NCBI RefSeq assembly: GCF_030131845.1
Contig: NZ_JASKYM010000002.1
Coordinates: 296,247-320,246, forward strand
Direction: 5' to 3'
From: Romboutsia sedimentorum
Lineage (GTDB): Bacteria; Bacillota; Clostridia; Peptostreptococcales; Peptostreptococcaceae
Length of the DNA: 24,000 nt
The translations under genes and the position numbers were made by a program. Each line of letters starts with the position of its first letter. Position 1 is the stretch's first letter. Shown here one piece after another: positions 8,480 through 16,444 of the stretch. The notes under the pieces were generated by a model. It was given only the letters and a program-made list of their open reading frames with translations. It had not been told where the DNA came from and made no database searches.

Positions 8480-9787
8480 ATGAATAAATTTAAAAATACA
8501 AATCAAAATCATAAAAAAGAGTTATTAGAGTTAATAAAAGAGTGGGTTGCAATACCATCTGTATATGATGAATATACAATAAGTCATTGCATGCCGTTTG
8601 GGAAAAATGTGTCGGATGCTTTATGTTGGTTTGAAAATTTAGGCAAAGACAATGAATTTATTGTTAGGAATGTAGATAATCATGCAGTATATATTGAATA
8701 TGGAAAAGGAAATGAACATATTGATATATTTGGTCATTGTGATGTTGTAAATGCATGTGAAGGATGGGATAGTAATCCTTTTGAACTTAAGATTGATGGA
8801 GATAAATTAATAGGGAGAGGTATTTCTGATAATAAAGGTCCTATGATAGCTTGTTTTTTAGCACTAAAAATGATTAGAGACTTAGATATAAAATTAAATA
8901 GAAAAGTAAGACTTATAGTAGGTGGCAACGAAGAAAGTGGATTTAAGTGCATAAAACACTATTATTCAAAAGAACCATATGGAGTATGTGGATTTACCCC
9001 TGATGCAAAGTTTCCTGTATTAAATGGAGAAAAAGGCTCAGGAAATATAAATTTAAGGTTAAACATAGAAAATAAAGATTTGATTTTAAGGGGAGGATTA
9101 GAAAATAACACTATTCCATCTAAGGCAACAATAATAAATTTAAAAGAAAATAAAAAATATATTGTAAAAGGCGTAGGAGGACACTCTTCTAAGCCACAAG
9201 ATTCTGTAAATCCTATACCTAAAGCTCTTATAAATTTATATGAAGAATTAGGTGAAAAGTGGATAATAGATTTATATAAGCTTATAAATGAGGAGAATGT
9301 TAATGGTAAATTATTTGGGTTAGATATAGAAGGTAAGTGTGGAATATTATCAATTGTCCCTACGATTATTAATGTAGAAAATGGATGTGTAGAGGTTACA
9401 TTGAACACTAGGTATCCTGAAAATATAAAGTTTGAGGAAATTATAAAAATTATACGAACATATATACATCAAAATAATATGGCGAAATTTAATGTAACTG
9501 GTAAAGAAGTTAAAAAGTCAAATTATATAGATGAAAAATCTGAATTAGTAAAAATATTGCATAATACTTATGTAAAGTATTCTAAAGATACTAAGAGTGT
9601 TGTAAGAGTTACATCAGCAGGAAGCTATGCAAGTGAAATGAATAACTCCGTTATTTATGGGTGCGAATTTCCTGATGGTGGATTTGGAAATATTCATAAA
9701 GAAAATGAATTTGCTAGCTTAGAAAAGTTAAATTTAGCAATAACAATATATGCAGAAGCAATAGTTTGTTTATGCAATAGTATATAA
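8480..9787 (+). CDS. M20-family metallo-dipeptidase (PepV/Sapep-like)
   Basis: M20 metal/catalytic motifs are present: GHCDVV (His/Asp), GRGISDNKGP (bridging Asp), GGNEESG (Glu-Glu). The 435-aa length is typical of PepV-type dipeptidases. SD GGAGTG at 8469-8474. Confidence 0.8.
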   Translation: MNKFKNTNQNHKKELLELIKEWVAIPSVYDEYTISHCMPFGKNVSDALCWFENLGKDNEFIVRNVDNHAVYIEYGKGNEHIDIFGHCDVVNACEGWDSNPFELKIDGDKLIGRGISDNKGPMIACFLALKMIRDLDIKLNRKVRLIVGGNEESGFKCIKHYYSKEPYGVCGFTPDAKFPVLNGEKGSGNINLRLNIENKDLILRGGLENNTIPSKATIINLKENKKYIVKGVGGHSSKPQDSVNPIPKALINLYEELGEKWIIDLYKLINEENVNGKLFGLDIEGKCGILSIVPTIINVENGCVEVTLNTRYPENIKFEEIIKIIRTYIHQNNMAKFNVTGKEVKKSNYIDEKSELVKILHNTYVKYSKDTKSVVRVTSAGSYASEMNNSVIYGCEFPDGGFGNIHKENEFASLEKLNLAITIYAEAIVCLCNSI

Positions 9788-9797
9788 GTATTTAAAT

Positions 9798-9832
9798 AAA
9801 GTATAAGATGTCCCTTGTTAAGACAAAGTATA
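9798..9832 (+). promoter_or_regulatory. Copy B of the shared operator-like motif, upstream of the PRD-regulator/PTS operon
   Basis: AAAGTATAAGATGTCCCTTGTTAAGACAAAGTATA. Same ATGTCCCTT core and ACAAAGTATA box as copy A. Confidence 0.45.
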
Positions 9833-9844
9833 TATATAAATAAA

Positions 9845-9868
9845 ATTTAATTATATGTATAATTAAAT
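9845..9868. promoter_or_regulatory. 24-nt perfect AT palindrome overlapping a -10-like element just upstream of the regulator gene
   Basis: ATTTAATTATA-TG-TATAATTAAAT has 11-bp perfect arms and contains TG-TATAAT (9856-9863), 24 nt before the GTG start at 9887. Confidence 0.45.
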
Positions 9869-9886
9869 CAAGAAGAAGGTGATACA

Positions 9887-11779
9887 GTGATAACTAAAAA
9901 ACATGCAACTATAGTAATATATTTAAATGATAAAGATGGATATGTAACATCTAATGAATTAGCTAGATTGCTAGATGTGTCTACTAAGACTATTAAAAGG
10001 TATATATCAGATTTAAATAATATAGTTAAAGAGTATGATGTAGAGATATCTTCTTCTAGAGGTATAGGATATAAGCTAAGTGGATCTAAAGCTAATACAT
10101 TGAGGCTAGTAAAAGAAGCTGAAAATTATATAAATGGATTTTTGGATGATGACTCTGATGAAAGTCGGATAGGTAATGCTATATGTAGGTTTATAAATAA
10201 AACTTATATAAGTGTAGAAGAAATGTCTGAAGAGTTAAATTTAAGTGTTGGAGCCACAAATAAACTAGTCACTAAAATAAAAGAACAAATAAAAAAATAT
10301 GATTTGATAATTAAGTCTAAGCCATATTATGGGAGTTATATATATGGAGAAGAAATAAATTTCAGACAACTTATAACTGACTATGCTATAAAAAATGATG
10401 GTAAAAATAAAATAAAGGTAGACATAGAAAATATAAGTGAGGTAGATATAAATAATATAGAAAATGTTTTAGCAAAGCATCTAAGAAAACAAGAAATAAT
10501 AATTTCTGATAAAGATTTTAATCTTTTAGTTTCAAAAATTATAGTATCTATATTTAGAAGTAAAAGTGGTAATAGCGAAAAAGTAAATTATTTAGATACA
10601 GAGTATAGGCTTCATAATTACTTGTTTATAAAAGATTTAATGGAAGAATTGTATGAGTTGATAGATTGTGAGCTACTAGAAGAAGAAGTTCTTTATATAT
10701 CTAACTATTCGGGAGTTGTTGCAAATAGTTATAGCAAAAATATCAGCAAGATTAATGAAGACCAAGAAAAGATAAATAAACTAATAGATAAAGCATTAAA
10801 AGATATATTGCTTATATCGGCAAGAGATTATAGTCAAGATGAAGAATTTATGGACGCTATATTTGATCATATAAAGAGATTTATAAATAGATCAAAAGCT
10901 AACGTAGAGTCTAAAAACCCACTTCTTAGTCAAATAAAATCTAAGTTTCCTATAGAATTTAATTTGGCTATATTTTTAGCTAATAAAATTGAAAGTGAGT
11001 TAAGTATTAAATTAAATGAAGATGAACTTGGATATATAGCAATACATTTTGCAGCAGCAAATGAAAGAAATAAAAAAAATACAAGTAAGAAAATTTGTAT
11101 AGTATGTCACTATGGAATAGGAACAGGTCAGCTTCTTTCAGAAAAATTAAAGCAAAGCATAAGTGATCTAAATGTTATAGGTGTTTATCCTGTTAGGTAC
11201 CTCGATATAGCAAATAGCCAAGATGTAGATTTGATAGTATCTACTATAGAAATAAAAGACAGTGAAAAACCTGTATTATATATAGAAAATATATTTGATG
11301 ATAGTGTAGTGGCAAATGTAAATAAGGCATTTTATGAAAAAGAAGAAAGACGAAAAATAATAAATAATATGTTTGAGGAAGAAGCATTTTTTACTATAAA
11401 AGGCAAAGAAAAAGAAGAAATAATAAACAATGTTTGCAACCAGCTTATGCAAAGAGGATTCATAGAAGAAAATGCAATACAAAGCATACTAGACAGAGAA
11501 AAAATATCTTCAACTGAAATTGGAAATCTAGTAGCAATACCCCACACGATAGTAGAAGGCGATAAAAAATCTATAATAGGAGTAGCAATACTTGAAAATC
11601 CTATTATTTGGGATAAACAAGAAGTTCAATTAATATTTATGGTGTTTTTTAATCCAAAAGAAAAGCATAATTTTTCTATATTCAAATATCTTTATACTTT
11701 TATAAAAGATGAAGGTGGAGTGAGAGGTATAATAAAAATTTGTGATTTTAACAAGCTGATCAAATTAATTGAAGATTAA
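9887..11779 (+). CDS. PRD-domain transcriptional activator of the MtlR/ManR/LicR type (HTH + Mga-like wHTH + PRD1 + PRD2 + EIIB(Gat)-like + EIIA(Fru/Mtl)-like)
   Basis: N-terminal HTH (VTSNELARLLDVSTKTIKRYISDL) and a second wHTH (ISVEEMSEELNLSVGATNKLV). PRD2 motifs FDHIKRFINR and LGYIAIHFAAANER. EIIB-like KKICIVCHYGIGTGQ and EIIA-like GNLVAIPHT. There is no AAA+/sigma-54 module. GTG start follows AAGGTG. Confidence 0.88.
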   Translation: MITKKHATIVIYLNDKDGYVTSNELARLLDVSTKTIKRYISDLNNIVKEYDVEISSSRGIGYKLSGSKANTLRLVKEAENYINGFLDDDSDESRIGNAICRFINKTYISVEEMSEELNLSVGATNKLVTKIKEQIKKYDLIIKSKPYYGSYIYGEEINFRQLITDYAIKNDGKNKIKVDIENISEVDINNIENVLAKHLRKQEIIISDKDFNLLVSKIIVSIFRSKSGNSEKVNYLDTEYRLHNYLFIKDLMEELYELIDCELLEEEVLYISNYSGVVANSYSKNISKINEDQEKINKLIDKALKDILLISARDYSQDEEFMDAIFDHIKRFINRSKANVESKNPLLSQIKSKFPIEFNLAIFLANKIESELSIKLNEDELGYIAIHFAAANERNKKNTSKKICIVCHYGIGTGQLLSEKLKQSISDLNVIGVYPVRYLDIANSQDVDLIVSTIEIKDSEKPVLYIENIFDDSVVANVNKAFYEKEERRKIINNMFEEEAFFTIKGKEKEEIINNVCNQLMQRGFIEENAIQSILDREKISSTEIGNLVAIPHTIVEGDKKSIIGVAILENPIIWDKQEVQLIFMVFFNPKEKHNFSIFKYLYTFIKDEGGVRGIIKICDFNKLIKLIED

Positions 11780-11794
11780 AGGAGGTTGTTTGTA

Positions 11795-12250
11795 GTGAAA
11801 GCAAACGTATTCAAAAAAGAAAATGTATTCTTAAATGTAGAGGAACAAACCAAAGAGGAAGTTTTAAAGTTCATAGGCTTAAAATCTAAGGAATTAAATA
11901 TAACTAACGATGCTGATGGAGTATATGAGGGATTAGTGAAAAGAGAATCTCAGTTTACTACTAATTTAGGTGAATTTATAGCGATACCTCATACTAAAAA
12001 TGATGCAGTGCTAAATCCAGCAGTTCTTGTTTTGAAATTTAATAAAGATGTAGTATGGAATGAAGGCGAAGAAAAAATTAAGCTAGTAATAAGTTTACTT
12101 ATGCCAGGACAAAGTGAAGAAAATACTCACTTAAAATTACTTTCAGCATTATCAAGAAAATTAATACATGAAGATTTTAAAAGTGCATTATTAAATAGCA
12201 ATGATTCAGATGAAATAACATCTTTAATAAGTGAAGCATTAGGATTATAA
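11795..12250 (+). CDS. PTS EIIA component, fructose/mannitol (EIIA-2) family
   Basis: The phosphorylation-site motif GEFIAIPHTK is present, and the length of about 150 aa fits. GGAGG at 11781-11785 lies 9 nt before the GTG at 11795. The ORF-track TTG at 11786 abuts the SD. Confidence 0.85.
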   Translation: MKANVFKKENVFLNVEEQTKEEVLKFIGLKSKELNITNDADGVYEGLVKRESQFTTNLGEFIAIPHTKNDAVLNPAVLVLKFNKDVVWNEGEEKIKLVISLLMPGQSEENTHLKLLSALSRKLIHEDFKSALLNSNDSDEITSLISEALGL

Positions 12251-12280
12251 AAAAAATAAAAATCTAGGAGGAATTATACA

Positions 12281-12595
12281 ATGAAAAAATTAGTAGCATT
12301 ATGTGCATGTCCAATGGGGTTAGCTCATACATTTATGGCAGCAGAAGCAATAGAACAGGCAGCAAAGAAAGCGGGATATGAAGCTAAAGTTGAAACTCAA
12401 GGTGCAGATGGGATACAAAATGAATTAACTAGAGATGATATACTAGGTGCAACAATGATAATACATGCAATAGCGATAACACCGGAAGGAATGGAAAGAT
12501 TTGAAGGATGTGAAGTGTATGAGGTTGAATTACAAGAAGCTATAAAGAATGCGGATGGAGTAATAAAAGAAATAGAAGAAGACTTAGGACTATAA
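12281..12595 (+). CDS. PTS EIIB component, fructose-type
   Basis: LVALCACPMGLAHTFMAAEAIEQAAKKAG matches the fructose-family IIB active-site Cys motif (CP-x-G-x-AHT-x-MAAE). SD AGGAGG at 12266-12271. Confidence 0.88.
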   Translation: MKKLVALCACPMGLAHTFMAAEAIEQAAKKAGYEAKVETQGADGIQNELTRDDILGATMIIHAIAITPEGMERFEGCEVYEVELQEAIKNADGVIKEIEEDLGL

Positions 12596-12619
12596 TATAA
12601 AATACTGGAGGCGAATATT

Positions 12620-13876
12620 ATGGCAATTAAGAAAAAAACTATAAGTAGCAATGGTTCATCTAGTATGAATTCACAAGCACCTAACAATTCACCTAAACAA
12701 CCACAAGGATCAAAAGGAAATAGTAAATGGAAAGAGATAAGCAAACATATAATGACAGGTATATCATATATGATACCAGTTTTAGTAATGGGTGGACTTA
12801 TAGGAGCGCTATCTCAATTAATACCATATGCAATTCTAGGAATTGATCCATCGATTGGAATAGTCGATGCAATGAATTCAGGTGAATTTGCTGGATTTAA
12901 ACTTACATTATTAAATATGGCTCAATTAATGTCTAACTTCGGATTTACATTGTTTGGATTTGCGATACCTTTATTTGCAGCATTTTGTGCAAATTCTATA
13001 GGAGGCAAAACTGCACTTATAGCAGGATTCATAGGTGGATATGTAGCTAACAAGCCAATTGCTACATTACAAATGGTTGATGGTAAATGGGCTGAAGTAG
13101 TTCCTGTAGCATCAGGGTTTTTAGGAGCTATATTAATAGCATTTTTAATAGGATACTTTGTAAAATGGTTAAACAAAACTATAAAAGTTTCTCATGATTG
13201 GTTAGCATTTAAAACTACATTCTTAATACCATTATTGGCATCATTAACATGTATGGTATTAATGATATTTATAATAACTCCAATTGGAGGATGGTTAAAC
13301 GAAGGAATGAAAAACTTCTTAACAGCAGCAGGATCAGCTGGAGAATATGCATATGCAACAGCTTTAGCAGCAGCAACTGCATTTGACTTAGGTGGACCAA
13401 TAAATAAAGCAGCAGGATTTGTTGCACTTGGATTAACAACTGAAGAAGTACTGCCAATAACAGCAAGAACAATAGCAATAGTTATACCTTCAATTGGATT
13501 AGGATTAACAACTTTATTAGATAAAAAATTAGTAGGTAAAAGAGTTTATGACAAGCAATTTTACCAAGCTGGAAAGACATCAATATTCTTAGCGTTTATG
13601 GGAATATCTGAAGGTGCTATACCATTTGCGCTTGAAAGACCAGGGTTTGTTATACCGTTAAATATAGTTGGAGCTATAATAGGTGCATTGACTGGTATAA
13701 CTTTAGGAGCCGTTCAATGGTTCCCTGAGTCTGCAATATGGGCTTGGCCTTTAGTTAATAATTTATTAGGATACATTGTAGGAATAGCAGTAGGTGCTTT
13801 ATTTGTAGCAATAGGAAACATATTATACAGAAATAAGTTAATAAAAGAAGGTAAATTAGTTGTAAATAATGACTAA
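12620..13876 (+). CDS. PTS EIIC permease, fructose family, with an S/N/Q/P-rich hydrophilic N-terminal extension of about 40 aa
   Basis: A polytopic membrane protein rich in G/A/I/L, with a fructose-family-like layout (..GGPINKAAGFVALG.., ..ISEGAIPFA..). SD GGAGG at 12607-12611 lies 8 nt before the ATG. Confidence 0.85.
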   Translation: MAIKKKTISSNGSSSMNSQAPNNSPKQPQGSKGNSKWKEISKHIMTGISYMIPVLVMGGLIGALSQLIPYAILGIDPSIGIVDAMNSGEFAGFKLTLLNMAQLMSNFGFTLFGFAIPLFAAFCANSIGGKTALIAGFIGGYVANKPIATLQMVDGKWAEVVPVASGFLGAILIAFLIGYFVKWLNKTIKVSHDWLAFKTTFLIPLLASLTCMVLMIFIITPIGGWLNEGMKNFLTAAGSAGEYAYATALAAATAFDLGGPINKAAGFVALGLTTEEVLPITARTIAIVIPSIGLGLTTLLDKKLVGKRVYDKQFYQAGKTSIFLAFMGISEGAIPFALERPGFVIPLNIVGAIIGALTGITLGAVQWFPESAIWAWPLVNNLLGYIVGIAVGALFVAIGNILYRNKLIKEGKLVVNND

Positions 13877-13885
13877 TATTATATA

Positions 13886-13930
13886 AAGGAAAGGGGAGAT
13901 TTAATTTGAAATTAAAACTCCCTTTCTTTT
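13886..13930 (+). terminator. Rho-independent terminator ending the regulator-EIIA-EIIB-EIIC operon
   Basis: A long hairpin, GAAAGGGGAG-ATTTAATTT-g-AAATTAAA-ACTCCCTTTC, followed by TTTT. Confidence 0.8.
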
Positions 13931-13975
13931 ATATCTTAGAAATTTTTTACTATATATAAATAGGAGAGCATTACC

Positions 13976-15040
13976 ATGAATAAAATAGAAAAATTAAGAA
14001 GCTATTTAAGTGAAAATAATATACAAGGTTTGCTTTTAAATAGCTCAAAAAATAAGTTTTATAGTGCCGATTTGTATAGTTCATCAGGATATATTTTTAT
14101 AACGTGTAAAAATCAGTATGTAATAGTTGATTTTAGATACTTTGAAGAAATGAAAGAAAAAGATATAAAATTTGAAGTGTTGCTTATGGATAAACAAAAA
14201 ACGTACTTTGATATAATAAATGAAATATGTAAAAGAGAAAACATAATTAATATTGGATTTGAAGGAAATGAAGTTTCATTTGATGATTATAATAATATTG
14301 ATGAAAAAATAAATTGTAACTTAACATCGATTGATTTATCTAAACTTAGATGTGAAAAAAGCGAAGAGGAATTAAAATATATAAAAAAAGCATGTGAAAT
14401 AGCAGATAAAGCTTTTTATCATATAATTAAATTTATAAAAATTGGAATGAGCGAAAAAAAAGTTGAAAATGAAATAGTTAGATATATAAAAGAACAAGGT
14501 GGACAAAAAGAGTCTTTTGATATAATAGTTGCGTCTGGAGTAAGAGGATCTCTTCCTCATGGAAAAGCAAGTAATAAGCTTATAAAAGCAAATGAATTTG
14601 TAACATTTGATTTTGGAGTTAAATTTAATAATTATTGTTCTGACATAACAAGAACTATATGCATGGGCATAGGAAATGAAGAATTAAATGAAATTTATAA
14701 CATAGTCAAATGTGCAAATGAAGAAGCTATAAAATTATTAAAGCCAGGTATGACTACTGGAGAAGTTGATAAAATAGCACGAGATATAATAGAAAAAGAA
14801 GGATATGGAGATTACTTTGGTCATAATTTAGGCCATGGAGTTGGAATTATGGTTCATGAATATCCAATATTAGCTCCTGGGGGCAAGGATTTGCTTTTAG
14901 AGGGTATGGTAGTTACAATTGAGCCAGGAATATACATACCGGGTCTTGGTGGAGTGAGAATAGAAGATGATGTTTTAATAACTAAAGAAGGTTGTAAAAG
15001 GCTTACTAATAGTACAAAAGACTTAATAAATATATTATAA
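13976..15040 (+). CDS. M24B-family Xaa-Pro aminopeptidase/dipeptidase
   Basis: The full pita-bread metal ligand set is present: FDFG..., SDITRT (Asp, Asp), HNLGHGVGIMVHEYP (His), VTIEPGIY (Glu), GGVRIEDDVL (Glu). An N-terminal creatinase-like domain is present. SD AGGAG at 13962-13966. Confidence 0.88.
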   Translation: MNKIEKLRSYLSENNIQGLLLNSSKNKFYSADLYSSSGYIFITCKNQYVIVDFRYFEEMKEKDIKFEVLLMDKQKTYFDIINEICKRENIINIGFEGNEVSFDDYNNIDEKINCNLTSIDLSKLRCEKSEEELKYIKKACEIADKAFYHIIKFIKIGMSEKKVENEIVRYIKEQGGQKESFDIIVASGVRGSLPHGKASNKLIKANEFVTFDFGVKFNNYCSDITRTICMGIGNEELNEIYNIVKCANEEAIKLLKPGMTTGEVDKIARDIIEKEGYGDYFGHNLGHGVGIMVHEYPILAPGGKDLLLEGMVVTIEPGIYIPGLGGVRIEDDVLITKEGCKRLTNSTKDLINIL

Positions 15041-15089
15041 AACATAAAGCTAAATGCTTATCATCATATAAGAAAGAGAGGATATAATA

Positions 15090-16274
15090 ATGTATAGTTT
15101 TGATTATAAACCAGATAGAGTTAGTGAAAAGTGTAGAAAATGGGATTTAAATATAATAAGAGCAAAATTTGGAGATGTTAGTGAAGATTTTATACCAATG
15201 TGGATAGCAGATATGGACTTTAAAATACCTACACAAGTAGAAAAAAAATTTATAGATACAATTAAAAGAGGTGTGCTTGGATACACTTATTGCTATGATG
15301 AATTTTATGATGCAGTTATAAATTGGCAAAGAGATATGCATGATGTAGAAGTTAAAAAAGAAGAAATAACTTTAACTTATGGAACAGTATCTACACTTCA
15401 TTATACAGTTCAAGCTTTTTGTAAGGAAGGAGATAGTATAATATTAAATACGCCAGTGTATGATCCATTTGAGTCAAGTGCTAAAAAACAAGGAGTTAAG
15501 GTTATAAGCAATGCTTTAGATGCTGTAGATAATAGATATTATATAAACTTTAAAAAATTAGAAACTCAAATAAAACATCATAAGCCAAAATTAATGATGT
15601 TTTGTACCCCTCATAATCCATCGGGTAGAATATGGAGTATTGAAGAGATGAATAAGGTAGCAAGAATTTGTAAGGAAAATAGTGTTATATTAGTAGCCGA
15701 CGAAGTTCATGCAGAGCATATTCATTATGGAAAATTTAATTCTATATTAAAAATAGAAGATGAACTTTTACAAAATGTGATATTATTAACATCACCAAAT
15801 AAAGGATTCAATATTGGAGGGTTAAAAACTTCTTATTCAATAATTAGAAATAAAGAATTAAGAGATATATTTAAAGCTAGGTTGCAACAAAACTCTATAA
15901 CATCACCAAATGTATTTGGGATAATAGGGCTTATAACATCTTACAATGAAAGTAGAGATTGGTTAACAGAGGTTAATAAATATATAAAACAAAATTATGA
16001 ACTTTTAGAAAAATGGATAAATAAGTATGACAATTTAAGTATGATGAAAATGGAGTCATCTTATTTAGCTTGGATAAATATATGCAAATTAGGTATAAGT
16101 TCTAAAGAATTAACGAATAAATTAGCACTTGAGGTAGGTGTCTTATTAGAAGAGGGTAGTCATTTTGTAAATGATGGAGATAATTATATAAGGATAAACT
16201 TAGGGACTCAAAGGGAAAATGTAATTGAGGCTTTAAATCGAATGGATAAATTTATGAGTAAATTAAGTAAATAG
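15090..16274 (+). CDS. patB: PLP-dependent C-S lyase / cystathionine beta-lyase of the PatB/MalY class (aminotransferase fold type I)
   Basis: N-terminal ...DRVSEKCRKWD... and MWIADMDF, CTPHNPSGRIW, the PLP-lysine motif SPNKGFNIGGLK, and C-terminal IRINLG. The length of 394 aa fits. Confidence 0.82.
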   Translation: MYSFDYKPDRVSEKCRKWDLNIIRAKFGDVSEDFIPMWIADMDFKIPTQVEKKFIDTIKRGVLGYTYCYDEFYDAVINWQRDMHDVEVKKEEITLTYGTVSTLHYTVQAFCKEGDSIILNTPVYDPFESSAKKQGVKVISNALDAVDNRYYINFKKLETQIKHHKPKLMMFCTPHNPSGRIWSIEEMNKVARICKENSVILVADEVHAEHIHYGKFNSILKIEDELLQNVILLTSPNKGFNIGGLKTSYSIIRNKELRDIFKARLQQNSITSPNVFGIIGLITSYNESRDWLTEVNKYIKQNYELLEKWINKYDNLSMMKMESSYLAWINICKLGISSKELTNKLALEVGVLLEEGSHFVNDGDNYIRINLGTQRENVIEALNRMDKFMSKLSK

Positions 16275-16276
16275 AT

Positions 16277-16312
16277 AAAAACTACTTAGTGTTATAACAC
16301 TAAGTAGTTTTT
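16277..16312 (+). terminator. Rho-independent terminator after patB
   Basis: AAAAACTACTTAGTGTT / AACACTAAGTAGTTTTT is a perfect 17-nt inverted repeat with an A-run and a T-run. Confidence 0.85.
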
Positions 16313-16367
16313 GTATACAAAGAGTGTGAATAAGGTAAATATTAGACAAGCATAAAAAATAATAATA

Positions 16368-16376
16368 TGGTATAAT
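16368..16376 (+). promoter_or_regulatory. Extended -10 promoter element for rbgA
   Basis: TGGTATAAT (TGnTATAAT) lies about 70 nt upstream of the rbgA start. No good -35 was found. Confidence 0.45.
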
Positions 16377-16444
16377 AGACAAGTTAAAGTAAAATGAGCG
16401 AATTAGTTTAGAGAATACACTAGATATATAAAGGAGTGATAATT

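Noticed and set aside
8962-9408. 148-aa minus-strand ORF antisense to the M20 dipeptidase gene
   Set aside because: Same reasoning: it is embedded antisense in a gene with intact catalytic motifs, has no RBS, and has an implausible composition.
12397-12744. 115-aa minus-strand ORF spanning the EIIB/EIIC junction
   Set aside because: It overlaps two well-supported PTS genes and their SD. It has no translation signals and its composition looks like an antisense artefact.
7322-16312. The PTS/peptidase block, and the 17.4-22.2 kb block, as genomic islands or mobile elements
   Set aside because: There is no integrase, transposase or recombinase, no tRNA or att-like direct repeats, and no terminal inverted repeats. 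The only flank similarity is the generic terminator tail TTTTTGTAT (5512, 7307, 16308).
16343-16383. 8-nt direct repeat TAGACAAG flanking the rbgA extended -10 (16343-16350 and 16376-16383)
   Set aside because: It is too short to distinguish from chance, and no supporting symmetry or second feature is present.
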